Shown here in pieces: positions 41,558-53,879 of a DNA stretch of 64,000 nucleotides. The notes under the pieces are model-generated. The model ran no database searches, was not told the origin of the DNA, and was given only the letters and a program-made list of their open reading frames with translations. The position numbers and the translations under genes were made by a program. Numbering within the stretch: position 1 is the stretch's first letter; the number at the start of each line of letters is the position of its first letter. The stretch is from Octopus vulgaris (lineage: Eukaryota): positions 10,540,001 through 10,604,000 of the forward strand of contig OX597835.1 in assembly GCA_951406725.2 (NCBI GenBank), given 5' to 3'.

Positions 41558-42160
41558 AAGTAGAAGAAGAAGAGGAAGAAGAAGAAGAGGAAGAAGGAGA
41601 AGAAGAAGAAGAAGAGGAAGAAGATGAAGGAGAGGATGAAGAAGAAGAAAAGGAAGAAGAAGAAGAAGAAGAGGAAGAAGATGAAGGAGAGGATGAAGAA
41701 GAGGAAGAAGAAGATGAAGAAGATGTAGAAGAAGAGGATGAAGAAGAGGAAGAAGAGGAGGAAGAAGAAGATGAAGAAGAGGATGAAGAAAAAGAAGAGG
41801 AAGAAGATGAAGATGATGAAGAAGAGGATGAAGAAGAAGAAGAAGAGGAAGGAGAAGAGGATGAAGAATAAGAATAAGAAGAAGAGGATGAAGAAGAAGA
41901 AGAAGAAGAAGATGAAGGAGAAGAGGATGAAGAAGAAGAAGAAGATGAAGAAGAGGAAGGAGAAGAAAAAGGAGAAGAAGATGAAGGAGAAGAGGATGAA
42001 GGAGAAGAGGATGAAGAAGAAGAATAAGAAGAAGAGGATGATGAAGAAGAAGAAGATGATGGAGAAGAGAATGAAGAAGAAGAAGAAGAAGAAGAAGGAT
42101 GAAGAGACAGAGAAAGAAGACAAAGAAGGTGGAAGAATAAAGATAAAGAGGAAAACGTAA
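41558..42160. repeat. Polypurine (GAA/GAG/GAT)n tract
   Basis: Direct reading. Confidence 0.95.
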
Positions 42161-42462
42161 GAGGATGGTGGTGGTGGTGGTGGTGGTTGGTGGGGGAGAT
42201 TATTTTATTGACTTCTCAGGAATTAAGTGCAGGGTTGGTGTTGGTAGGATTTGAACTTTGAAGGTAAAAGCCTGTAATTAAAGTATTTTGTCTGGAACTG
42301 TACCAATTTTGATATTGTAATATTCTTTAATGAGAACTTTGTCTTCCATAGACACGAAGACTATATTCTGAGGAAGATGTGTTGTCAAATTAACCAATAT
42401 TCTGTGACCATTATTTTTGAAAGAATTTCGGTCTTTGATCTAAACTTTATATGAAGACTTTG

Positions 42463-42493
<31 letters not shown>

Positions 42494-44559
42494 GATTTGT
42501 GTTTTCAGTTTAGCAACATTTCTAATGAAATCCACTGTTCTAAGTTTCAATTAATCTTGAAAATAATTAAGAATTTGGAGGAAGTTAATAGAATCACCAA
42601 GACTTTCTATTAATTAATTAATTAATTAATTAATTAAGAAACCAGTGTTTGTTGGAACATAATGAAAGACACTTACGTAAAACTATAAGAGAAGGTTTTA
42701 ATTGAAATCCAAACGTAGTTTTTGGATCAAATAAACGGAACCTGTTGGCTCTGATTGGTTGATATCAAAAGGATTAAATTACTGGACTTTTATTTTATCA
42801 CCTGTGGATAGATGAAAAGTCAAGTGGTCCCAGGTGGGATTTGAACTGACAAATGCAGTTGATGACATGACTAAATATTTTAAAGTAGTTTGTCTGTTGT
42901 TCTACCGATTCTGCTATGGTAGTAATAATAATTCTTGTTCAAGGACTGCAACTAAGATGTATTTTACCGTTTCATGCCAGGAGTTCTCTGTCTCTTATTA
43001 GCTTTGGTAAATTCGCAGTTCCATGCTGTGTATCTCTTTCCAGTGATATCAGTATAGCTGAGTGGTCTTTGTCCTTTATTAAGATGTGAAACTCTACAGA
43101 ATACAACATCCAATATGCCCCAGGTGGTTTGAACACAATTGCTTTAACCCTTAAAGTCTAGTCTACATTGAGCAACGACAAGTGAAATGGATAGAATGTG
43201 GCCTGGAATCTCCGTTTTGGTCTTGTGTTTGTGTTGTGAGATATTTTAGTCCTCATAAGAAGCCTGTTGTATGAATGAGGCATTCTTGAAATTCCTTCTT
43301 CAAAATGCAATTTTTGGTTCTTTACAAAAGAATTCTTTCTCCAAAAGAAGGCTCTGAAGAAGGCCAGCTATTTTGATTTTGTAACACTCAGTTGCCAAAT
43401 GTCTTGAAGTGTGTTACAGACATTCCAGGCCTGTCCCTTGCATGTAAGGGAGTTTTTCTTACTGCTATACTGTCAGCAGCATAGAATATGAGGTACTTAA
43501 GCTCATCACCAGATCAAACTGGCAGATGGCTTCCATCTTCATCGATGACCATGTATTCAGTTTTCCTTGTGTTAAGAAACAGACTGCAGCAGTCTCAAGG
43601 AATTTTAACAAGTTTTGTACCACACAAATAATGAGCTGTGATCATCAAAATCATCATCATCATCATCGTTAAGACCTTGATTAGTAATACAGTTCTATAT
43701 TTAAAGATGCACATACTTGTAGAATGTCCACCGATTCCATTCGTCAAATAATTTCTGGTCTCACCGTAATCTTTTACACAAATTGATCATGAAATAAATT
43801 TGATTTTTATGAATGTAATGTAAATTCAAAATTGTTTCTTTACTTTTGTGCAGTTTTTTTTTTTTTTTTATATTTTGTATTGTTTGAAGAACAGAATATT
43901 TTCCCTCCTTGAGAATCCCTTAAAGCGTTTCATTTCCTACAGTTATTTCAATTCGTATTAGCTTAGTTATTATTTGAGCCCATGAAAACGTGTTCCCTTT
44001 TCCCTTTTTTTATGATAATTGCATTCTGTTGATTAATTCAAACAGAAAACTGAAAATTGTAGAATATTTACATATCATCAAATAATACTTAACCATCTGC
44101 TTAATTTTAATATATAATTTTACAAGTGCAATCCAATAAACTACTTCATGGAATTTCATAAGTGTCATTTCCAAATTTCAAGCAGACTTGAATAATTTCA
44201 TCTTCAACGGATTTGTCAAATTTTGATTCATGTTTCATTATTTTCCAAAACACCTGATTCAGTGTAGTTTTAAATTAGAATTGTTAACAGGAGGCTTTAG
44301 AAGTACAGCTATGTAGGTGTAGCAGTTTCCTCTTAGTAATGGAGAACTTTTTACCTTTATTTTCCCTCTGTTCTTTTATGTCCTGCAAGTTGGAATGGCA
44401 ACCCCACTAGTGCTGGTGCTATGTAAAAAGCATCCAGTACATTCTATAAAGTGGTTGGCATTAGGAAGGCCATTCAGCAGCAGTAGAAACCATGCCAAAG
44501 ATGACATTGGAGCCTGACGCAGCCCTGCAGCTCAATGGTTCTCTCCTTCAGACTGTCCA

Positions 44560-44835
44560 TAGATACGGTTGCTTTTGCTGAATGTTCCACTTCAAACTGT
44601 CCAACTCAAATGCTTCAAAACATCACTGGTCATCCTCCAACACTCCTCATGCACAACCTGATGAGTTTTCTCCCCATTTCTGCTGGTGATGCTCATGGAA
44701 GCTCTTCCAGATTGCTCGTTGTCTTCCAAGGTTGTTCCCCCACTTTGGAAGCACCGCCACCTCTCAAAACATTGCAAACAACCCATTGCCCCAGAGCCAT
44801 AAGCTTGCCAAAGCATGTGCAATATCTTTGTAGCA
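44560..44835 (-). pseudogene. Mariner transposase N-terminal (HTH) relic
   Basis: MLWQAYGSGAM...FERWRCFQSG..TLED.EQSGR. Confidence 0.7.
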
Positions 44836-45624
44836 GACTTCCCAAGTTTCCAGCATGGAAAGCAGACATGAAACGATGATGATGATGATGATATAGATAT
44901 TTATATGATATACACACCATGCTCATATATACATACATACACACACACAACTTTTTTCCATTACTGTTTGAGGTGTTCTTGGTCTGTGTGTGTGTGTAGG
45001 AAGTGTAACAATGCCTGGTTGTGGAATAAGAAAAGAAAAAAAGTTGATGGTGAATGCCAAAAACACATAAAGTCTGGAAAAAGAGAGAGAATTTAGTTTG
45101 GTTTACTGAATGGAGAAGATTCACAGCTTATGAGATAAAATTCAATGTCTGTGAGTTAATTAAGAATGCAACCAAGCATGAAAAGTATGGAGCGATACTG
45201 CTGGAATGGATGTGTGTATTGTTGTGGATCTGTGAAGAGGAATGGATTTTGATTGGAAGATGAGAAATATGTCTTTTAGCTGGGGATGTTATGTCTCAAG
45301 ACTGAAAGTAAAACTAGTCAACAGAAAACTTGCGAGATTCCGAGGTTAGATGGTACTTTGTTTAAAGCATATGTGATAACACGATGCTTGACTAAACTGT
45401 GTTGCTGATTCTGGTCAAAGAATTCTACAGAAACACCTCAAAAAGAACAACCATGAACGATCCAGGTGAAACAAAAATCCAAATGATATCCAGTTTTTAT
45501 CTGGTGTTGTTTAACCCTGAGACAAGCCTAATTGAGAAAACATATAATGAATAGCATTCCAGCCATGACCATCTTGTACATTTCTATATTATTGACCATT
45601 TTGTTCAATGTATTCTTCCTTTTT

Positions 45625-46415
45625 TAACCCTTTCGTTACCATATTTCTTTTGAGATGTTCTGTGTTTCTTTCAGTTGATTTTAGATATAACAAAGAATTT
45701 AGTAAAATAACTTAGTTATTATTAAGCTAGTGTTAGGAACATAAATTGTGACTAAAGGTTTGGTGGAAGATTTTAATTCAAAACTTTTGAAAACAAGACA
45801 TTAGTACTACAGAACCAGAGGTGGTTTCATCTGGGTTTGTATTGAAAGGGGTAAATTAATTTTTTGTTAACCGTTTGGTTGCCATATTTCTGTTGAGATG
45901 CTCTGTGTTTAAACTGTGACAAGAATTGTTTCTCTATTATATATTTAAACCCTTTTGTTACCATATTGCTGTCAAGATGCTCTGTATTTCTTTCAATTAC
46001 TTTAAATATAACAAAGAATTTAGTAAAATAACTTAGTTATTATTAAGCTAGTGTTAGGAACATAAATTGTGACTAAGGTTTGGTGGAAGATTTTAAGTCA
46101 GAACTTTTGAAAACAAGACATTAGTACTACAGAACCAGAGGTGGTTTCAGCTGGGTTTGTATTGAAAGGGGTAAATTAATCCTTTGTTAACCCTTTGGTT
46201 GCCATATTTCTGTTGAGATGCTCTGTGTTTCTTTCAACTGATTTTAAATATAACAAAGAATTAGTAAAATAACTTAGTTATCATTCATCTTGTGTTAAGA
46301 ACATAAATTGTGACTAAGGTTTGGTGGAAGATTTTAAGTCAGAACTTTTGAAAACAAGACATTTGCACTACAGAGCCAGAGGTGGTTTTATCCAGGTTGG
46401 TATCAAAAGGGTTAA
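45625..46415. mobile_element. MITE family B, three full units plus a partial one
   Basis: Repeated aaagaatttagtaaaataacttagtt...ggtggaagatttt...aaaagggttaa; ends ~100 bp before exon 46520. Confidence 0.8.
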
Positions 46416-46519
46416 ATTGATCAGATATTGTCCTTTCTAGCAAATTAAGGTTTCATCAGTGTGATGGCAGTGTTACTGAAGAAGGTGTTATTTGTTGTTT
46501 TTTTTTTGTCTTTTTATAG

Positions 46520-46587
46520 GTACGAGATCTAAAAAAAGGGGTTTGGAAGAAAGTGGAGCTTGTGCCAACTATGTCGAGACAGAACAG
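46520..46587 (+). CDS. INPP5F: INPP5F-like exon, 68 nt, (G)TRSKKRGLEESGACANYVETEQ
   Basis: tttttatag acceptor, CAG|gttggt donor, phase 1-0 matching both neighbours; ANYVETEQ motif. Confidence 0.93.
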
Positions 46588-46781
46588 GTTGGTGACATTC
46601 AGTGTTTCTATCTATTTTCATCTATCTTCGTTTGCCTGTTAGTCTGTCTGTCAGTTTGTCTGTCTTACTGCCTGTCTGTCTGACTGCTTGCTTGTCTACC
46701 TGTCTGTTCATCTAACTCTCCATCTCTCTGTCTACCTATCTGTCCATCTGTCTACCCATCTAATTGTCCATCTACCTATCT

Positions 46782-47176
46782 CTTTTACTTGTTTCAGTCA
46801 TTTGACTGTGGCCATGCTGGAGCACCGCCTTTAATTGAGCAACTCGACCCTGGGACTTATTCTTTTGTAAGCCCAGTACTTATTCTATCGGTCTCTTTTG
46901 CCGAACCACTAAGTAACGGGGACATAAACACACCAGCATCGGTTGTCAAGCAATGCTAGGGGGACAAACATAGACACACAAACACACACAAGCATATATA
47001 TACATACATATATACGATGGGCTTCTTTCAGTTTCCGTCTACCAAATCCACTCACAAGGCTTTGGTCGGCCCAAGGCTATAGTAGAAGACACTTGCCCAA
47101 GATGCCACTCAGTGGGACTGAACCCGGAACCATGTGGTTGGTAAACAAGCTACTTACCACAGAGCCACTCCTGGGC
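46782..47176 (-). mobile_element. SINE family 1
   Basis: Reverse-complement full-length copy. Confidence 0.85.
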
Positions 47177-47194
47177 CTATTATCATTTTTTACA

Positions 47195-47229
<35 letters not shown>

Positions 47230-47439
47230 ATCTGTCTGATAATCCATCTGTCCGTTTGTCTGTCTGATAATCCATCTGTCTGTTTGTCTGTCTATCTATT
47301 TATCTGTCTGTCTGTCTGTTGATTTATGTATCAAACCTGAAAGGATGAAAGACTAAGTTGACTTCAATGGAAAATTGAGATCTACAGAGCCTGAATACAT
47401 TCATACATGTGTATATATGTACATGTGTGAGTGTGTGTT

Positions 47440-47483
<44 letters not shown>

Positions 47484-47522
47484 TAAATGAAAAGAATGGA
47501 GTTGAACAAAGATTTTAACAAA

Positions 47523-47601
47523 TTCCTGATGAGAAGACGGCATAATGCAACCTTCATTCCTTCGGAATTAAGAGTATGCAGTCTTCGAAACATATGTCGA
47601 A
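47523..47601 (+). ncRNA. Type I hammerhead ribozyme motif with GUC site
   Basis: ttc-CTGATGA-GAAGAC(g)GCATA...TATGC(a)GTCTTC-GAAA-C-atat-G-TC-gaa; palindromic stem III ACATATGT; predicted cleavage after 47598. Confidence 0.75.
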
Positions 47602-47797
47602 AGTAAAGGAATTTTGTTAAAATCTTCGTTCAACTCCATTCTTTTCATTTATTCATATAAAAAAAACACACAAATTTCCACACACGAACACGGGGTTCGG
47701 CCCTTGGCATGTAACTTCAACCGTGTTTTACTGACGTGAATTTGCTACCCAGGTATCGATTAACCGAATTATCCATACTAGGATAATTCATTCATCT

Positions 47798-47834
<37 letters not shown>

Positions 47835-48347
47835 ATGTGTGTATAAACAAAATGTTAGTTTGTGTAAATGATGTTTTGTTTAATCAACTCTGGAAGTGTT
47901 AAATATTAATTTCCAAAAACGTTTGTCATCCTGAGAAATACAACAGAAATCATCAATTTTATTGAAACTTGTTGAAATAATTGTTACTTTTGCAAGAAAC
48001 CATTTTTTTTTATCTTTGTCTTACATTATTAGTAATTATTCTGTTAAAAGAAATTAGTCAGACATCAGCATGGTCTTAATTACTGATTTTCTTATTTACG
48101 ACATGTGTGTGTGTGTGTGTGTGTGTGTGTATACATGTGTCAAGCTAAGTAAAATCATGGTTGTTCTTCCATATAGGCTTGTCCGCTGCATTCCTCTCCA
48201 CCTGAGCATTCCTAGTCTTGCAGGCTCATAGAGGCTGGTGCCACATAAGAAAGCACCCATGTTGGTGCTGCATAAAGGTATCCAGCACACTCTGTAAAGT
48301 GGTTGGCATTAGGGAGGGCATCCAGCTGTAGAGACCATGCCACAACA

Positions 48348-48507
48348 TTATTTACATTATTTACATTTGACGGATATGTGTCCTCATCTTGTTTGTTGTT
48401 AACACAACGTTTTGGCTGATATATCCTCCAGCCTTCATCAGGTGCCTTGGGAAAATTTCAAACCTGGGTTCTCATTCCTAAGGTATTTTTTGATGCTATT
48501 ATTATTA

Positions 48508-48567
<60 letters not shown>

Positions 48568-48868
48568 TCACTGCCTGGAATCAAACTGTACACCATATGT
48601 CCATGGGCATATGGCGTAGTGGTTAAGAGTTCAGGCTACTAACCCCAAGATGCCGAGTTTGATTCCAGGCAGTGACCTGAATAATTATAATAATAATAAT
48701 AATAATAATTATAATATCGAAGAAATTTGAAATATCCCCCAAGACACCTGATGAAGGCTGGAGGGTATATCAGCCGAAACGTTGTGTTAACAACAAACGA
48801 GATGAGGACAAATATCCGTCAAATGTAAATAATGTACATAATTCCTCATCTTTTAGATATAGAACTGT
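48348..48868 (+). mobile_element. tRNA-headed, hammerhead-tailed retroposon with inverted 5' duplicate and 14-bp TSD
   Basis: A box tggcgtagtgg 48612, B-box-like gtttgattcc 48657, (taa)n, hammerhead 48744; inverted copy 48348-48587; accatgccacaaca / accatgccataaca flanks. Confidence 0.7.
48744..48787 (+). ncRNA. Minimal hammerhead-like motif (one extra A after core, AACGTT stem III)
   Basis: acac-CTGATGA-a-GGCTG-loop-CAGCC-GAAA-CG-TT-gtgt. Confidence 0.6.
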
Positions 48869-49256
48869 ACCATGCCATAACACTCAGAGCCTGGGTAGCT
48901 CTTCAGCTGGCCAGTTCTTGTTAAACTGTCCAACCCATACCAGCATGGGAAACGGACGTTAAATGATGATGATCTAATCATCAATGTTTAACCATTTAGC
49001 ATTCAAATTACTCTGTCAAAGGTAATATTTATTCACATTGTTTCAAATTAATCATGTATTATCTCATAGCTTTGAGATTTCAGTGATGTTATTGTTTATT
49101 TTTAGAATGACAGTGTAGGGTAGGTATGAAAGATCAGATCTGGCCAGTTTGAACACAAAACAAGTGGGACATTTTGGCCTGGTCTGGACAGTTTAAATGC
49201 TAAAGGGTTAACATAGGCTTTCCATGCTGGCATGGGTTAGATGGTTTGGCAAGTAA

Positions 49257-49490
49257 AGGCGGCAAGCTGGCAGAATCGTTAGCAGGCCGGGCAAAATGCT
49301 TAGCGGTGTTTCGTCTTGCCATTACATTCTGAGTTCAAATTCTGCTGAGGTCAACTTTGCCTTTCATCCTTTCGGGGTCGATAAATTAAGCACCAGTTAC
49401 ACACTGGGGTCGATGTAATCGACTTAATCCGTTTGTCTGTCCTTGTTTGTCCTCTCTGTGTTTAGCCCCTTGTGGGTAGTAAAGAAATAG
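49257..49490 (+). mobile_element. tRNA-derived SINE family 3 (ctgagttcaaat...gcctttcatcc...gataaa..aagtaccagt)
   Basis: Many older copies: ~385-510, 1886-2011, 6358-6570, 6790-6980, 9930-10325, 35050-35240, 36535-37025, 54320-54680, 57675-58105. Confidence 0.8.
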
Positions 49491-49924
49491 ATATGAAAGA
49501 TCAGATGTGGGACATTTTGGCCTGGTCTGGACAGTTTAAATGCTAAAGGGTTAACATAGGTTTTCCATGCTGGCATGGGTTGGATGGTTTGGCAAGTAAC
49601 CAGTGAACTGCTGAGCTGTGTCCTGTTCCACTGTCATCTTTGGTATGGTTGCTACAGAGTGTACTGGGTGCGTTTTGGACGTGTAGTTAAGAAACTTGCT
49701 TCCCATCCATGTGGTCTTGGGTTCAATTCCACTGTTCAGCATGTTGGGCAAGAGTTATCTGTTATAAACCTAAGCTGACCAAAGCCTTGTGGGTGGATTT
49801 GGTTGATGGAAACTGGAAGAAGCCCATTTGGTGTGTTTGTCTTTGTGGGTGTGTGCGTTTGTATGTATCCTTGTCCAGGCATCATGTGATGGTCACAATC
49901 ATCCGTCACCACCATACGAGTGAC

Positions 49925-50972
49925 ATCGCTTGTTTCCAGCCATTTGTGAAGATCCCATCTGATTTTTGTTTCCATGGAAACAAGTGAAGCTTGAGGAGAA
50001 GAAGGGTATATGGTTTTTGAAGGTTTTCTTAACAAATCGCACCCGACCTATGCAAGCATGGAAAAAATAGATGTTAAAACGATGATGATAGTGATGACGA
50101 TGATATACATGGTCAGAAGCTTTGTTGATGTCAGGGTCAACAACAAGACAAGAGTCTGTGTCCAGTAGATCCGATGTGACTGAGTTGCTTATTTCCAGCT
50201 GTCTATGAAGATCCCATCTGATTTTTGTTTCCATGGAAACAAGGTGAAGTTTAGGGAGAAGAAGGGTATATGGTTTTTGAAGGTTTTCTTAACAAATTGC
50301 ACCCGACCTATGCAAGCACGGAAAAATAGATGTTAAAACGATGATGATAGTGATGACGATGATATACATGGTCAGAAGCTTTGTTGATGTCAGGGTCAAC
50401 AACAAGACAAGAGTCTGTGTCCGGTAGATCCGATGTCACTGAGTTGCTTGTTTCCATCCGTCTGTGAAGATCCCATCTGATTTTTGTTTCCATGGAAACA
50501 AGTGAAGCTTGGGGAGAAGAAGGGTATATGGGTTTTGAAGGTTTTCTTAACAAATTCCACCTGGCCGATGCAAGCACGGAAAAATAGATGTTAAAACGAT
50601 GATGATAGTGATGATGATGATATACATGGTCAGAAGCTTTGTTGATGTCAGGGTCAACAACAAGACAAGAGTCTGTGTCCGGTAGATCCGATGTCACAGA
50701 GTCGCTTGTTTCCAGCCGTTTGTGAAGACCCCATCTGATTTTTGTTTCCATGGAAACAAGTGAAGCTTGGGGAGAAGAAGGGTATATGGGTTTTTGAAAG
50801 TCTTCTTAACAAATTGCACCCGACCTGTGCAAGCATGGAAAAAATAGATGTTAAAACGATGATGATAGTGATGATGATGATATACATGGTCAGAAGCTTT
50901 GTTGACGTCAGGGTCAACAACAAGACAAGAGTCTGTGTCCGGTAGATCCGATGTCACTGAGTCACTTGTTTA
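49925..50972. repeat. Four tandem copies of a ~259-bp unit
   Basis: ga(t/c)cccatctgatttttgtttccatggaaacaa at 49951, 50210, 50469, 50727. Confidence 0.95.
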
Positions 50973-51408
50973 CAACTGTAGATTATGAGAATAGGAAAGT
51001 TGTTTATTATCTTTAATTTGCAATGTTATTGGAGTGTTCTTCGGTTTTTACATGATTCCATTAATAAACTTCATTCGTATTCATCCTCATCTTGTGTACG
51101 TGCAGTGATGCCAATATCCTGCAGTATTCTATTCTCTCGACTGTGACATTCCTTTAATAACCGCTTCCTGTACCATTAAGCTGTTCTATCCATCCACGTA
51201 GCTTTTTCCAACATCCTTCCTTGCTTTCTTATTATTCTGTGGATGAGCAGCTTGCCACTGATCAGGAATTTATGACTTTGGTAAACATGTTATTGGTCTG
51301 TGGTTCTGGTTGTCTGCGAAGGTTTTGTTTTTACAAATTGATATTGTTTTCCTCTTGGCTATTTTGATTCCCATCATCTCGTCAGTAATTCCTTGAACAC
51401 TGCCACTC

Positions 51409-51494
<86 letters not shown>

Positions 51495-52462
51495 ATGCAG
51501 AGTAATGAAGTAATTTAGGTTGATACCGTTGGCTATTAATTTCTGGCTGCTAGAAATTAATAGCCCCCGATATTTTGGTAAATTTCCTGCCAGTTATGTT
51601 TGGGCCATGTTTGTGGTGGTGGTGCTGCTGCTGTTTTCCTTTCCAGCCCCTCCCCTCAAATCCATTGTGTAATCGTTATTGTCTTCGATATTTTGCTTCC
51701 ATATAATCTTCTACCATAATTGGATTTTTATTATTGTTGTTGCTCTGTTTTCCATTCCAGTGTTCTGCTTATTGAGATCTGACCAGAATATTTTACTATT
51801 TGTTTAAAATTTCTGTTTCTGATAGAAAAACAAACATTTTTCTCAAAGAATCCATTCTCAAAAATATCCACCTTGATTTCTTTTCGCTTCCAATCGTTTC
51901 TGTTTTGCAGTTTTATATTTTTAAAAGGTATCGTGCCGGTGGCACGTAAAAAGCACCATCTGTTCGTGTCCGTTGCCAGCCTCGCCTGGCCCTTGTGCCG
52001 GTGGCACATAAAAAGCACCATCCGTTCGTGGCCGTTTGCCAGCTCTGTCTGGCACCTGTGCGGGTGGCACGTAAAAAGCACCCACTACACTCACGGAGTG
52101 GTTGGCGTTAGGAAGGGCATCCAGCCGTAGAAACACTGCCAGATCTGACTGGGCCTGATGAAGCCTTCTGGCTTCACAGACCCCAGTAGAACCGTCCAAC
52201 CCATGCTAGCATGGAAAACGGACGCTAAACGATGATGATGATGATGATGATATTCCCCCTCCACTTTTTTTTACATATTCCATATTTTACTGTTAATTAA
52301 TTTCACGTCAGTTCCTCCTGTTTCCTCATTGATTCCAGAAGATTCTTCTAATTGTTTAATCTATCAATTCTATTCTGATCTTCGTTATTTTCTACTATTG
52401 TTTGTTTTCTTTTAATTTTTTGAGATATTTAAAAAAATTGAATATATATTATTATTTTTATT

Positions 52463-52873
52463 CTCTTTACTCTTTACTCTTTTACTTGTTTCAGTCATTT
52501 GACTGCGGCCATGCTGGAGCACCGCCTTTAGTCGAGCAAATCGACCCCGGGACTTATTCATTGTAAGCCCAGTACTTATTCTATCGGTCTCTTTTGCCGA
52601 ACCGCTAAGTGACGGGGACGTAAACACACCAGCATCGGTTGTCAAGCAATGCTAGGGGGACAAACACACACACATACACACATATACATATATATATATA
52701 TATATATACGACGGGCTTCTTTCAGTTTCCGTCTACCAAATCCACTCACAAGGCATTGGTCGGCCTGGGGCTATAGCAGAAGACACTTGCCCAAGATGCC
52801 ACGCAGTGGGACTGAACCCGGAACCATGTGGTTGGTTAGCAAGCTACTTACCACACAGCCACTCCTGCGCCTA
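52463..52873 (-). mobile_element. SINE family 1
   Basis: Reverse-complement full-length copy. Confidence 0.85.
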
Positions 52874-52943
52874 TGTTTGCTATTGTTTGCTTTCTTTTAT
52901 TTTTTTGAGATATTTTAAAAAATTGAATATATTATTATTATTA

Positions 52944-53032
<89 letters not shown>

Positions 53033-53879
53033 GTTGTTGTTGTTGTTCACGTTGAATAGCTAAAGAATTGCTTTCATGTCATCTATTGGAATTCTCTTCC
53101 TTCTGAGCTTTTGACATTCTTGTGGTTTAACACCAGGTCAGCCTGGATCAAGGAAGATTTATAACAAAATACATTCCAACTGTTATCACACATTCTTTTC
53201 ATTAGACTAGTCACATTTAAGACTACATTATCCAATATATTCTTCTCTTTTGTCTTTTAAGGCAATAAGATGTAATTTACAAGAAATTTAGCTGCTATTT
53301 CTAACAAAGCAAGAAACGACTTTAAGACTCCTCTACTGGCTCAGCCTCCCCTGATGAATCCCTATTATCTCCCTTATGTCATGTGGTCTGTTATGATGAC
53401 CAGTCTCTCCTTTGTGCAGTCAGTTCTGTTGTATTATTTCCCCATTGTTCCCAGAGGTCAACAATTTCCTATGCTGCTCCAGAGCGTCGGCTGTGGGGTC
53501 ATTCCGAAAAGCTCTATCTGCGACGATTTCATCTCAATCGAAGGAGAGGGGCTTTCTCTGTCCGGGTTGCGGATCCGTGGAATAAGCTGCTGGACGAGAT
53601 AGTGAAGATGCTGACGACCGCTAGGTTCAATGTCTCCCTTGACCACAAATGGCCTGAACTCTTTGCATGAATACCCTCCTTGCTTTTTGCTTTTTGAGCC
53701 AAAAAATTAACTTAACTTAACTATACCATTTCTGTTATAAAATTCCCTGCCATTTCCTTCAAATTCTGCCATCCTGTTGCTGCTGTTTTCATTATGGAAG
53801 CTTGTATGTTTGTCTTTTGCTTGTGTTAATATTCGATTCTCAGTTATTGTTCTCTGTAACATCTCCCATTTGACTCCAC

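Noticed and set aside
41449-42160. Poly-Glu / Lys-rich ORFs
   Set aside because: Simple purine repeat; no splice sites linking it to the gene.
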